Counted from the first letter of the stretch, positions 1 through 9,218 are shown. The stretch: DNA of 64,000 nt from an uncultured Actinomycetota bacterium (GCA_963732695.1 CAVTAP010000013.1:265611-329610); one strand, 5' to 3'. Numbers and translations: made by a program. The notes: generated from the sequence alone by a model not told the origin.

Positions 1-808
1 CCTCCGCCTGGCCATCGGCAGCGTCGCCGCCACCGTGGTGCTGGTGCCCGAGGCCACCGACGCCGTGCGGGGCCGCCCCCTCGATGCGGACGCCGCCACG
101 GCCGCCGCCGAGGCGGTGCGGGCCGCCATCCATCCGATCGACGACCTGCGGGGCACGGCGGCGTACCGCCTCCACACCGCCGCCACCATGACGGCCCGGG
201 CGCTCATGGCCCTGGTCGCCGGGGCCGAGCTGGCCCACCGGCCGGCCGATCCGCCCCGCCTGTGGCGCCCCGGGTTCACCGGCCGCTACCCGGCGGGCGC
301 GGAGCAGGCGGCCAGCGTCGACGACGCCACCACCGTCACCACCACCGTCAACGGCTACACGGTGCGGGGCACGGGCGCCGCCTCGGCCACCCTGCTCGAC
401 TGGCTCCGCGACCACGCCGGCACCAACGGGGTGAAGGAGGGCTGCGCCGAAGGGGAGTGCGGGGCCTGCACCGTCCACCTCGACGGGGCGGCCGTGATGT
501 CCTGCCTCGTGCCCGCCGGCCGGGCCCACGGGGCCGAGATCACCACGGTGGAAGGCCTCGCCCCCGACACCGGCCTGCTCAGCCCGGTGCAGGAGGCCTA
601 CGTGGCCTGCGGCGCCGTCCAGTGCGGGTTCTGCACGCCAGGCCTGCTGATGGCCACCACCGCCCTGCTGGAGGAGAACCCCCGGCCCACCCTGGCCCAG
701 GTGGAGGCCGGTCTGGCCGGCAACCTGTGCCGCTGCACCGGCTACGGCGCCATCCATCGGGCTGTACACCAGGCTTCCACCATCTCCCCGGAGGACGGGC
801 GGGCATGA
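1..808 (+). CDS. XDH/CODH-family accessory subunit, 5'-truncated at window edge: C-terminal FAD-subunit (CoxM-like) domain fused to a [2Fe-2S] (CoxS-like) domain
   Basis: The frame of ORF 35..808 is open back to the window start. It has an HPIDDLRGTAAYR motif (CO_deh_flav_C-like), then Fe-S cysteine clusters CAEGECGACTV, CGFCTPG and CRCTGY. Its stop overlaps the next start (ATGA at 805-808). Confidence 0.85.
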   Translation, partial: LRLAIGSVAATVVLVPEATDAVRGRPLDADAATAAAEAVRAAIHPIDDLRGTAAYRLHTAATMTARALMALVAGAELAHRPADPPRLWRPGFTGRYPAGAEQAASVDDATTVTTTVNGYTVRGTGAASATLLDWLRDHAGTNGVKEGCAEGECGACTVHLDGAAVMSCLVPAGRAHGAEITTVEGLAPDTGLLSPVQEAYVACGAVQCGFCTPGLLMATTALLEENPRPTLAQVEAGLAGNLCRCTGYGAIHRAVHQASTISPEDGRA

Positions 809-3051
809 CCGTCGGCGGCACCACCAGGCGGATCGACAGCGAGGGCAAGGTCACCGGCGTCACCGAGTATCCGGCCGACCGGATCCCGCCCGACGCCCTG
901 GTGGCCCGGGTGGTGTTCACCAACCAGGCCCACGCCCGCCTCACCTCGCTCGACGTGTCGGCGGCCGAGGCGGTGCCCGGCGTGGTGGCCGTGTTCACCG
1001 CCCCCGACGTGCCGGTCAACGTCTACGGCCTCACCCTGCCCGACCAGCCGGTGTTCGTGGGCACCAGCCACACCGGCCGCACCGACGTGCCGTGCGACGT
1101 GAGCCGGTGGGAGGCCGACCACCTGGCCCTGGTGGTGGCCGAGACGGCGCACGCCGCCGAGGATGCCGTCGCCGCCATCACCGCCACCTGGGAACCCCGC
1201 CCGGTGCTGGGCACGATCGACGAGGCCATGGCCCCCGGCGCCCCCCTTCTCCACCCCGAGAACGGGCTCGATCACAACGTCTACACCACCTACAACATCC
1301 GCAAGGGCGACATGGCCGCCGGCTGGGCCGCCGCCGCCGCCGTGGTGGAGGCGGTCTACGAGGTCCCCTATCAGGAGCACGCCTACCTCCAGCCCGAGGC
1401 CGGCATGGCCTACATCGACGACCACGGCCGGGTGACGGTGGAGATCGCCGGCCAGTGGACCCACGAGGACCGGGAGCAGATCGCCCACGCGTTGGACCTG
1501 CCGGAAGACGAGATCCGGGTCATCTACCCCGCCATCGGCGGCGCCTTCGGGGGCCGGGAAGACACGTCGCTCCAGATCGTGCTGGCCCTGGCCGCCTGGC
1601 ACCTCCACCAGCAGGGCGAGCACCGGCCGGTGGGTTGCGTGTGGAGCCGGGAGGAGTCGATCGTCGGCCATCACAAGCGGCACCGGGGCCGGATCCGGGC
1701 CCGGTGGGGGGCCGACGCCGACGGCAGGATCACGGCGGTGGAGAGCGAGGCCTGGCTCGACGCCGGCGGCTACAACTACACGTCGAACAAGGTGCTGGGG
1801 AACCTCCACCTGGGGCAGGGCGGCCCCTACGAGGTGCCCAACGCCCACATCACCAGCCACGCCGTCTACACCAACGCCGTCCCCGGCGGCGCCTTCCGGG
1901 GGTTCGGCGGGCCCCAGGCGGCCTACGTGGCCGAGTGCCAGATGAACAAGCTGGCCGAGGCCCTGGGGCTCGACCCGGTGGAGATCCGCCGCCGCAACCT
2001 GCTGCACGACGGGTCGATCGGCATCACCCAGACCCCCATGCCCGACGGCGTCACCATCGCCGAGGTGGTCGACGCCTGCGCCGCCGCGGCGGCCCGGCCG
2101 TCGCCGGTGGGGTCTCCGCCCGCCCCCTACACGCCGTTCGCCAGCCTGGGCCCGGTCGAGAGCGACCTGCGCCGGGGCCGGGGGTTCGCCTGCGCCTTCA
2201 AGAACGTCGGGTTCAGCTTCGGCTTCCCCGAGCGGTGTGAGGCCGAGATCGTCCTGCACGGCGAGGCGGGCGACGACCAGCCCCACGGCGCCGACCTGTT
2301 CCACGCCGGGGCCGACGTGGGCCAGGGCGCCCACACCGTGTTCACCCAGATGGCGGCGGAGGCCCTGGGCCTGCCGGTGGAGCGGGTGCACGGCCACTTC
2401 TCCGACACCGCCATCACCGGAGACTCCGGCTCGGCGTCGGCCTCCCGCCTCACCTGGATGGCCGGCAACGCCATCCTGGGGGCGGCCGAGGAGGCCGACA
2501 AGGCGTGGCGCAACGGCGACCGCCCGGCGGTGGGCCGGTTCCGGTACGTGCCCCCGCCCACCGAGGCCCTCGACCCCGAGACCGGGGCCTGCGTCCCCAA
2601 CTTCACCTACGGCTACGTGGCCCAGGCGGTGGAGCTGACGGTCGACATCGGCACCGGCCACATCCGGGTGGACCGGGTGGTCTCCACCCACGACGTCGGC
2701 CGGGCCATCAACCCCGACCTGGTGGTGGCCCAGATCGAGGGCGGCGTCGTGCAGGCCCACGGCTACGTGCTGAGCGAGAACCTCCAGGTCCACGAGGCCC
2801 GGATCCAGACGCCCCGCCTCAGCACGTATCTCATCCCCGGCATCGGCGACGTGCCGGTGGTGATCGAGCCCGTGATCCTCGAGCTGGCCGACCCCATCGG
2901 GCCGTGGGGGGCCCGGGGCATGGCCGAGATGCCGATGATGACCTACGCCCCGGCCGTGGTGGCCGCCCTCCACGACGCCACCGGCATCTGGTTCGACGCC
3001 TTCCCCCTCACCCCCTCCCGGGTCCTGGCCCGGCTCAACGAAAGCGCCTGA
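805..3051 (+). CDS. Molybdopterin-binding large subunit of xanthine dehydrogenase / aldehyde oxidase / CO dehydrogenase family
   Basis: 749 aa from ATG 805, in-frame inside ORF 262..3051 whose upstream part is Arg/Pro-rich junk. The N-terminus reads [12 protein letters not shown], and GGAFGGRED and later Moco-domain blocks follow. It is translationally coupled to the upstream Fe-S subunit. Confidence 0.9.
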   Translation: MTVGGTTRRIDSEGKVTGVTEYPADRIPPDALVARVVFTNQAHARLTSLDVSAAEAVPGVVAVFTAPDVPVNVYGLTLPDQPVFVGTSHTGRTDVPCDVSRWEADHLALVVAETAHAAEDAVAAITATWEPRPVLGTIDEAMAPGAPLLHPENGLDHNVYTTYNIRKGDMAAGWAAAAAVVEAVYEVPYQEHAYLQPEAGMAYIDDHGRVTVEIAGQWTHEDREQIAHALDLPEDEIRVIYPAIGGAFGGREDTSLQIVLALAAWHLHQQGEHRPVGCVWSREESIVGHHKRHRGRIRARWGADADGRITAVESEAWLDAGGYNYTSNKVLGNLHLGQGGPYEVPNAHITSHAVYTNAVPGGAFRGFGGPQAAYVAECQMNKLAEALGLDPVEIRRRNLLHDGSIGITQTPMPDGVTIAEVVDACAAAAARPSPVGSPPAPYTPFASLGPVESDLRRGRGFACAFKNVGFSFGFPERCEAEIVLHGEAGDDQPHGADLFHAGADVGQGAHTVFTQMAAEALGLPVERVHGHFSDTAITGDSGSASASRLTWMAGNAILGAAEEADKAWRNGDRPAVGRFRYVPPPTEALDPETGACVPNFTYGYVAQAVELTVDIGTGHIRVDRVVSTHDVGRAINPDLVVAQIEGGVVQAHGYVLSENLQVHEARIQTPRLSTYLIPGIGDVPVVIEPVILELADPIGPWGARGMAEMPMMTYAPAVVAALHDATGIWFDAFPLTPSRVLARLNESA

Positions 3052-3053
3052 CC

Positions 3054-4055
3054 ATGACCCGCCTCGCCCTCTACCTGCAGGACGCCCACAGCTTCAGCGA
3101 GGCCATAGAGCACACCCGGTACGCCGAGAGCCAGGGCTTCGAAGCGGTGTGGCAGGCCGACTCCCGCCTGGTGCGGGAGGCCGGCGTGGCCATGGCCGCC
3201 TTCGCCGCCACCACCGGCACGATCAAGGTGGGCTCGGGCGTCATCGACATCTGGACCCGCAACCCGGCCCGCCTGGCCTCCCTGTTCTCCACCCTCGACG
3301 ACCTGGCCCCGGGCCGGATCATCTGCGGCCTCGGCGCCTGGTGGGATCCGCTGGCGGCCAAGGTGGGAATCGATCGGGCCCGGCCCCTGCTGGCCATGCG
3401 GGAGATCGTCACCGCCGTACGGGCCCTGCTCAACAACGAGACCGTCACCATGCACGGTACGTTCGTGGACCTCGACGGGGTGGAGCTCGACTACGTCCAC
3501 CAGGAGCGCCGGCCGAAAGACGTGCCGATCTACATCGGGGCCACCGGCATGCAGATGATGGAGCTGACGGGCCAGATCGCCGACGGGGTGGTGCTCAACT
3601 ACCTGGTGTCGCCCACGTACAACACCGAGGCCCTGGAGCACCTGGCCATCGGGGCGGCCAAGGCCGGCCGCTCGCTCGACGACATCGACCGGCCCCAGCT
3701 CGTGGTGTGCTCGGTCGACGACGACCGCCAGGCCGCCCTCGACGGCGCCCGCCTGCTCGTCACCCAGTACCTGGGCCAGCAGCCCCACATCATGAAGGCC
3801 AGCGGGGTGCCCCAGTCGATCCTCGACGCGGTGGGCGAGGTGCTCACCTGGCCCGCCACCCACGACCAGGTGGTGGCCGCCTCGAAGCGGGTGCCCGACG
3901 AGATCGTGCAGATGATCTGCGCTGCCGGCACCCCCGACGAGTGCCGGGCCAAGGTGGCCGAGTACATCGCCAACGGCTGCACCTGCCCCATCCTCTATCC
4001 CCTGGGGCCCGACGTGCGGAAGATGATCGACACCTTCGCCGGCTGGCAGCCCTAG
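3054..4055 (+). CDS. Luciferase-like monooxygenase (LLM) family flavin/F420-dependent oxidoreductase
   Basis: 334 aa from ATG 3054 ([10 protein letters not shown]...), 2 nt after the previous stop. Typical LLM TIM-barrel sequence. The cofactor cannot be decided by eye. Confidence 0.8.
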   Translation: MTRLALYLQDAHSFSEAIEHTRYAESQGFEAVWQADSRLVREAGVAMAAFAATTGTIKVGSGVIDIWTRNPARLASLFSTLDDLAPGRIICGLGAWWDPLAAKVGIDRARPLLAMREIVTAVRALLNNETVTMHGTFVDLDGVELDYVHQERRPKDVPIYIGATGMQMMELTGQIADGVVLNYLVSPTYNTEALEHLAIGAAKAGRSLDDIDRPQLVVCSVDDDRQAALDGARLLVTQYLGQQPHIMKASGVPQSILDAVGEVLTWPATHDQVVAASKRVPDEIVQMICAAGTPDECRAKVAEYIANGCTCPILYPLGPDVRKMIDTFAGWQP

Positions 4056-4099
4056 GTGTCCCCTTCGGGGACCTGGAGTTCGCCTCCGGCGAACGTCCG
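4052..4099 (+). repeat. Double stem-loop repeat, copy 1 (ctag-gtgtcccc-ttc-ggggac-ctggag-ttcgcc-tcc-ggcgaa-cgtcc)
   Basis: Starts at the TAG stop of the LLM gene. Hairpins at 4058-4072 and 4078-4094. Near-identical to the minus-strand sequence at 20701-20756 and related to 60514-60586. Confidence 0.8.
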
Positions 4100-4109
4100 G
4101 CGACCGGCC

Positions 4110-5735
4110 GTGGCTGCCGGCGCCGACGTCATCGTGGTGGGGGGCGGGCACAACGGGCTCATCTGCGCCGCTTACCTGGCCCGGGCCGGGGTCGACACCC
4201 TGGTACTGGAGGCCCGCAGCGAAGTGGGTGGGTGCGCCTCCACCGTCACCGACCTGGGGGCCCGGTTCAACATCTGCCACTGCGACCACACGATGATCCG
4301 GGCCCTGCCCATCGTCGACGAGTTGGAGCTGGAGCACCACGGCCTGCGCTACCTGTCGCCCGACGCCGTCAACGTCCACCTGTTCCACGACCACAGCCCG
4401 CCCTGGGTCCAGTTCCACAGCCCCGAGGCCACGGTGGACGGCCTGGCCCACCACTACCCCCACCAGGTCGACGCCTACCGCCGCTACCTGGCCGACGCCT
4501 TGCCGGTGTCCCGCTTCGTGCTCGACGTCGTGCGCACCCAGCCCTCGGTGGCCCGGCTGTCGGCCCGGGCCGCCGGCGGCCATCGGCGGGAAGCGGCGGC
4601 CCGCCTCATGCGCTGGGCCCGGCGCAGCGCCCAGGACGTGCTGGCCTCCTACTTCGACGACTGGCACCTCCGCCTGCCGGCCATCAGCACCGGCCCCACC
4701 GTGTGGGGCATCCCGGCCACCACCCCCAACACCGGGCTGGCCGCCCTGAACTACGCCACCCGCCATCTCGTCGGCACCGGCCGCCCCCAAGGCGGGAGCG
4801 GGATGCTGCCGGCGGCCACCCGGGCCTCGCTCGAGGCGGCCGGGGGCCGGGTCCGGTGCGGGGCGAAGGTGGCGGCGCTCACCGTACGCGACGGGACGGT
4901 GACCGGGGTCCGGCTGATCGACGGCACCGAGATGCCGGCCCGGGCGGTGGTGGCGGCCTGCGATCCCCACGAGGTGTTCCTCCACTGGCTCGACGGGGCT
5001 CTGCCCCCGGCGGCGGCCCGGTCGGCCGCCCGGTGGCGGGCCCGTCCCACGTTCGACGGGTACGAGTCGAAGCTCGACGCCGTGCTCTCCGCCCCACCCC
5101 GCTTCGCCGCCCTGGCCGAGCTGGAGGGGCTGTTCCCCGGGGTGAACCTGCTGACCCCCACCGCCACCGTCAACCCCACGCCGGCCGAGCTCGACGAGGC
5201 CCACCGGCTCAAGACCGACGGGCGGGTGGCGGAGCACCCGACCCACCTGGTCAACGCCCCCTCGGTGCTCGATCCGACGATGGCGCCGGCCCCGGGCCAG
5301 CACGTGTTCAGCCTGGAGACGCTGTTCACGCCGTACGCCCTGCCCGGCGGGTGGCCGGGGTCCGACGAGCCGGGCCGCTGGCTCGACCTGTGGGCCGGTC
5401 TGGCCGAGCCCGGTTTCCGGGAGACCGTGATCCGGTGGCGGGCCATGACCCCCGACCGCTACGAGAGCGAGTTCTTCATGGCCCGGGGCCACGCCCCGTC
5501 GTACGTGGCCTCGCCCCTGGCCACCCTCACCGGGCGTAACCGGGAGCTGAGCCGGTACCGCACCCCGATCGGCGGGCTGTACCTCACCGGGGCCGCCACC
5601 TTCCCCGGCGCCGGGATCTTCGGGGCGTCGGGCCGCAACACCGCCCACACGGTGCGGGCCGACCTGCGGGGCCCGCTGCGACGCCCCCTGGCCGCCGCCC
5701 GCCGGGCCGGCCGCCGCTTCCCCCTCCCCGCCTGA
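4110..5735 (+). CDS. NAD(P)/FAD-dependent oxidoreductase, phytoene-desaturase (CrtI)-like family
   Basis: Dinucleotide-binding motif DVIVVGGGHNGLICAAYLARAG near the N-terminus. The ORF track starts at GTG 4056, but those 18 codons are the intergenic repeat element, so in-frame GTG 4110 (MAAGADVIVVGGG) is preferred. Confidence 0.75.
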   Translation: MAAGADVIVVGGGHNGLICAAYLARAGVDTLVLEARSEVGGCASTVTDLGARFNICHCDHTMIRALPIVDELELEHHGLRYLSPDAVNVHLFHDHSPPWVQFHSPEATVDGLAHHYPHQVDAYRRYLADALPVSRFVLDVVRTQPSVARLSARAAGGHRREAAARLMRWARRSAQDVLASYFDDWHLRLPAISTGPTVWGIPATTPNTGLAALNYATRHLVGTGRPQGGSGMLPAATRASLEAAGGRVRCGAKVAALTVRDGTVTGVRLIDGTEMPARAVVAACDPHEVFLHWLDGALPPAAARSAARWRARPTFDGYESKLDAVLSAPPRFAALAELEGLFPGVNLLTPTATVNPTPAELDEAHRLKTDGRVAEHPTHLVNAPSVLDPTMAPAPGQHVFSLETLFTPYALPGGWPGSDEPGRWLDLWAGLAEPGFRETVIRWRAMTPDRYESEFFMARGHAPSYVASPLATLTGRNRELSRYRTPIGGLYLTGAATFPGAGIFGASGRNTAHTVRADLRGPLRRPLAAARRAGRRFPLPA

Positions 5736-5761
5736 CCCGGCCGCCCGGCGAGGGCGGGACG

Positions 5762-5874
5762 GGAACTTCGGACCGAGGGCGTCACCGGCGGTGCCGTGGG
5801 TGAGAAGTTGGCGGCAGGCGGGAACGTTGGACGGCGGCCGTCACCGGCGGTGCCGTGGGTGAGAAGTTGGCGGC
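5762..5874. repeat. Tandem direct duplication, period 59 bp, with a 34-bp perfect core
   Basis: gtcaccggcggtgccgtgggtgagaagttggcgg occurs at 5781-5814 and 5840-5873. The flanks (ggaacttcgg / ggaacgttgg) are similar. Lies between convergent genes. Confidence 0.9.
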
Positions 5875-5901
5875 CGGGCTGCGTCGACGGGGGGTCAGGG
5901 G

Positions 5902-7173
5902 TCAGGGGGTGATGCGGATGGGGTCGGCGGCGGCCAGGGTCGCTTCCGCCCAGGCGGCGGGGCCGAACAGGGCGGCGTCGCTCCAGCGGCGGCCGGTGAG
6001 CTGCACGCCCAGCGGCAGGCCGAGCGGGCCGGTGCCGGCCGGGAGCTGGATGGCGGGGACGCCGAGCGTGCTCCAGGTGGCGTTGAAGATCGAGTCGCCG
6101 GTGGTGTCGATGGGCACGGCCTCACCGGGGGCCGACGGGGTGAGCAGAGCGTCGAGGCCGAGGTCGTCGAGCCACCGGTCGTGGGCGGCCCGGGCGGCGG
6201 CCACCGTGCGCTGGGCGTCGTGATAGTCGGCCCGGTCGGTGCGGTCGCCCTTGGCGAACAACCTGAGGATCTTCTCGTGGATCTGGTCGACGTGGTGGGC
6301 CCGTTCCCAGGCGAACACCAGGGCCGACTCGACGGCCAGGATCACGGCGCCGGCGTCGATCACGGGGGCCAGGTGAGGGGCGGGATCGAGCTCCACCACG
6401 TCGGCCCCCGCCGCCCGCAGCCGATCGGCCACCGCAGCCAGCAGAGGCTCCAACTCGGGCTGGGCCCGGTCCCAGGCGTGGGAGCGGTAGAGGCCGAGCC
6501 GGGGCGCCCCGGTGCCGCCGGCGGTCGGGGCCGGGTGGCCGGCGCCGGCCCCAGCACCGGTGAGCACCGCCTGCAGGGCGGCGGCGTCGGCCACCGACCG
6601 GGTGTGCCAGCCCAGGGTGTCGAGCGACAGGGCCAGAGCGCCGACCCCGTTCATGGGCACCGCGCCGTGGCTGCCCTTGAATCCGACCACCCCGCAGAAG
6701 GCCGCCGGCCGCAGCACCGAGCCGACGGTCTGGGTGCCGAAGGCGACCCGGACCATGCCGGCCGCCACCGCCGCCGCCGACCCGCTCGACGACCCGCCGG
6801 GGGTACGGGTTCCGTTGTGGGGGTTGGTGGTGGCGGTCGGCGTGAACAGGGCGAACTCGGTGGTGGCGGTCTTGCCCGCCACCACGGCGCCAGCGGCCCG
6901 GGCCAGGGCAACGCAGGCCGCGTCCTCCGTGGGCCGCCGCCCGGTGTAGATGGGGGAGCCCCGCCCGGTGGGAAGGTCGGCGGTGTCGATGACGTCCTTC
7001 ACCCCCAGCGTCCAGCCGGCCAGGGGCCCGCCGCCGGCGGCCGCCTCGGCCACCCTGGCCCGCAACTCGTCGTCGTCGTGGCGGGCGGTCCAGGCCTGCA
7101 CCGCCGCCTCCCGGGCGGCCACCGCCGCCAGCTCCGCTTCCAGGTCGTCCAGTGCCGTCACCCGGCCAATCAT
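5902..7173 (-). CDS. Amidase (amidase-signature family)
   Basis: GGSSSGSAAAVAAG signature with conserved Ser/Lys context. Start chosen at ATG 7173 (MIGRVTALDD); the upstream 22 codons of ORF 5902..7239 look non-coding. Confidence 0.85.
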   Translation of the reverse strand: MIGRVTALDDLEAELAAVAAREAAVQAWTARHDDDELRARVAEAAAGGGPLAGWTLGVKDVIDTADLPTGRGSPIYTGRRPTEDAACVALARAAGAVVAGKTATTEFALFTPTATTNPHNGTRTPGGSSSGSAAAVAAGMVRVAFGTQTVGSVLRPAAFCGVVGFKGSHGAVPMNGVGALALSLDTLGWHTRSVADAAALQAVLTGAGAGAGHPAPTAGGTGAPRLGLYRSHAWDRAQPELEPLLAAVADRLRAAGADVVELDPAPHLAPVIDAGAVILAVESALVFAWERAHHVDQIHEKILRLFAKGDRTDRADYHDAQRTVAAARAAHDRWLDDLGLDALLTPSAPGEAVPIDTTGDSIFNATWSTLGVPAIQLPAGTGPLGLPLGVQLTGRRWSDAALFGPAAWAEATLAAADPIRITP

Positions 7174-7240
7174 GGCCCAACGCCCATTGCCTGGTCGATG
7201 CCCGGGCGATGTCCGAGCCGATGGGCGGCGGCCAGTCAAG

Positions 7241-7290
7241 CGATCTGGTGTCCGACGACGTCACCGGTGACGGGTGGGGACACCAGATCG
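7241..7290. promoter_or_regulatory. Nested perfect palindrome in a divergent promoter region (candidate operator)
   Basis: 13-bp arms cgatctggtgtcc (7241-7253) and ggacaccagatcg (7278-7290) enclose the 14-bp palindrome cgtcaccggtgacg (7259-7272). Located between the amidase start (7173, minus) and the WXG-hydrolase start (7363, plus). Confidence 0.4.
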
Positions 7291-7362
7291 GGATTGGAGG
7301 GCTCGGACGGGAGGGATCGATCCCGATGGGCGACGGGGGTGGGGGAACGTAGCGTCCGGGTC

Positions 7363-8775
7363 ATGGTTGGACCGGGACTGGTCGGAGCGGATCTGGAGCG
7401 ACTGGGCGGGCTGGCGTCGGGCCTGCGGCGCCACGGCGGGGAGCTGGAGCGCCTCGTGGGGGCGGCCAACGGCGCCGTGGGTCAGCTCGGGCACCTGTGG
7501 GAGGGGCCAGACGCCGGCCAGTTCGCCCGGTACTGGTCATTTCAGCACCGGCCGGCCCTCCTGGCCGCGGTGCGGGCCCTGGGCACGGCGGCCGACACGA
7601 TCGAACGCAACCGCCGGGAGCAGGAGCAGGCCAGCGCCTCCCTCGACGGTCCGGCGGCCCCGAGCGGCGGAGGTGGCGGTGGCGGGTTCGGACTGGGCGA
7701 CGTGTTCGGGTGGGTCGGTGACGGGGCCCGGTGGGTGGGGGGCCAGGTGGCCGACGGCGGCCGCTGGGTGGCCGACCAGGCCGACGACGTGCTGCTCGAC
7801 AGCCTGTTCTACAGCCACGAAGCGTTCGCCAGTGCCGAGGCGCTCGCCCTGACCGGCATGAACCCCCTGCTCTACCCGGTGGTGGCCGACCTCCAGAACC
7901 GCTACGTGACCCCGTTCGCGGTGGAGCAGCTCGACCGCTTCGTGGCCGAGCCGATCGTCGACGTCCTCTCCGGCCCGCCCGGTCCCCGCAGCGGCGATCC
8001 CGGCGGTCGCCTCGACACCCGGCCCAACGGCACGTTCCAGGTGGGCGGGGCCACCGACCGGGACCGGGGCCGGGCCGCCGTGGTCGACGCCTTCGACGCC
8101 ACCGCCGACGGCAGCCGGATCCGGAGCGACGAGTTCCAGATCATCGACCACGGCAACGGCAACTACACCGTGGTCCTCCCCGGCGTGACCGACCTGACCG
8201 ATCCCCACGCCGGTTTCGACCCCGTCGACCAGTCGGTGCGGGACACCGACCAGGTGGCTGCGGTGTCGGCCGGCAGCACCGGCATCGACGGCAACCGCTA
8301 CGCCCAGATGGTGCGGGAGCACCTGCAGCGGGCCGACGTGCCGCCGGGGGCCAACCTGATGATCGTGGGCCACAGCTTCGGGGCCGACACCGCCCTCGAC
8401 CTGGCCAGCGATCCGGGCTTCAACGGCCGGGACTACCACGTCACCCACGTGGTCGCCGCCGCCTACTACTCCCAGCCCCAGCTGCCCCACGTCCAGCCCG
8501 GCACCGAGGTGCTCGTGCTCCAGAACAACAAGGACGTGCCGGTGATGGCCGAGCAGATCGGCCACACCCCCACCACCCCGTTCCCCGGCGACAACGGCGC
8601 CATCGTCGACCGGTTCAGCGGCGGGTGGGACGGCGCCGGCCACGCCCAGTCGAACTACATCGACCACCTCAACTCGGGCGATCCCGGCCTCGACGCCTAC
8701 TTCGCCTCGGTGGCCGCCGTCGGGTACACCACCAGCGGTCAGTCGACCGCGGTGGACGTGTCGATCACCCCGTGA
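7363..8775 (+). CDS. Two-domain protein: WXG100-like helical N-terminal domain, Gly-rich linker, C-terminal alpha/beta-hydrolase (lipase/esterase-like)
   Basis: 471 aa from ATG 7363; the upstream part of ORF 6181..8775 is antisense to the amidase. The N-terminal ~95 aa are helical with HLWEGPDA (W-x-G). The linker reads GGGGGGGFGLGD. The C-terminal domain has the nucleophile elbow MIVGHSFGADTAL and a later GAGHAQSNYIDHL. Confidence 0.7.
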   Translation: MVGPGLVGADLERLGGLASGLRRHGGELERLVGAANGAVGQLGHLWEGPDAGQFARYWSFQHRPALLAAVRALGTAADTIERNRREQEQASASLDGPAAPSGGGGGGGFGLGDVFGWVGDGARWVGGQVADGGRWVADQADDVLLDSLFYSHEAFASAEALALTGMNPLLYPVVADLQNRYVTPFAVEQLDRFVAEPIVDVLSGPPGPRSGDPGGRLDTRPNGTFQVGGATDRDRGRAAVVDAFDATADGSRIRSDEFQIIDHGNGNYTVVLPGVTDLTDPHAGFDPVDQSVRDTDQVAAVSAGSTGIDGNRYAQMVREHLQRADVPPGANLMIVGHSFGADTALDLASDPGFNGRDYHVTHVVAAAYYSQPQLPHVQPGTEVLVLQNNKDVPVMAEQIGHTPTTPFPGDNGAIVDRFSGGWDGAGHAQSNYIDHLNSGDPGLDAYFASVAAVGYTTSGQSTAVDVSITP

Positions 8776-8812
8776 CCACAGGTTGAGGACGACGATGAGG
8801 AAGGGAACCGGT

Positions 8813-9193
8813 ATGCGGCCCAGCGACGGACAGACCAACGGAGAGGCAAAGGACGGAGACAGCGAGTACGAGCGGCGGCTGAAGGGCCAGCCGGCCGACC
8901 CGGCCCAGTTCGAGTTGTCGGGCGTGCGGTGCGAGCGGCGGCCCGACCGCCTGGCCGTCACCGGGGTGGTGCGCAACACCGGCACCGGGCGGCGGGTCTT
9001 CGACGCCGCCATCCGGGTCCGCCAGCTCGACGGCTCGTGGGCCGAGGGCCGGCGCCTGCTCGACTGGCTGGAGCCCGGCGCCACGGCTGGCATCGACCAG
9101 TGGTTCGGCCGTCCCGAGCTGTTCGCCGCCGCCCCCGAGTGCGAGGTGACCGTGCTCGACGGGCCCGAGGAGGCCCTGGTCAACGGCGCCTGA
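8813..9193 (+). CDS. Small hypothetical protein (predicted beta-sandwich, FxLYD/DUF4352-like); possible cognate partner of the upstream hydrolase
   Basis: ORF 8783..9193 has good GC3 codon bias. Alternative starts are TTG 8783, ATG 8795 and ATG 8813 (aggaaggga Shine-Dalgarno 7 nt upstream of 8813). No signal peptide is visible. Confidence 0.55.
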   Translation: MRPSDGQTNGEAKDGDSEYERRLKGQPADPAQFELSGVRCERRPDRLAVTGVVRNTGTGRRVFDAAIRVRQLDGSWAEGRRLLDWLEPGATAGIDQWFGRPELFAAAPECEVTVLDGPEEALVNGA

Positions 9194-9218
9194 GCCCGGG
9201 CCGGTACCGTGGTGGGCC

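Noticed and set aside
742-2973. Long antisense or off-frame ORFs of 300-900 aa across the window. Examples: 742..2973(-), 2943..5648(-), 3149..5539(+), 7537..9183(-), 16603..17688(-), 29402..31537 distal part, 39981..41876(-), 45821..47299(-), 54405..55583(-), 55733..57796(-).
   Set aside because: Their translations are dominated by Arg/Pro/Gly/His runs with no motifs. They overlap genes that have clear family signatures and strong GC3 bias. This is the usual stop-codon-poor artefact of ~70% GC DNA.
5855-6223. Small ORFs starting inside the 59-bp tandem repeat (the GTG GGT GAG AAG TTG GCG motif occurs twice).
   Set aside because: The ORF runs antisense to the amidase gene and has no coding signature. 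The repeat is treated as non-coding.
7363-9193. Horizontally acquired island around the WXG-hydrolase pair.
   Set aside because: Apart from a short purine-rich stretch at 8780-8880, composition and codon usage look like the rest of the window. There are no flanking direct repeats, tRNA or integrase.
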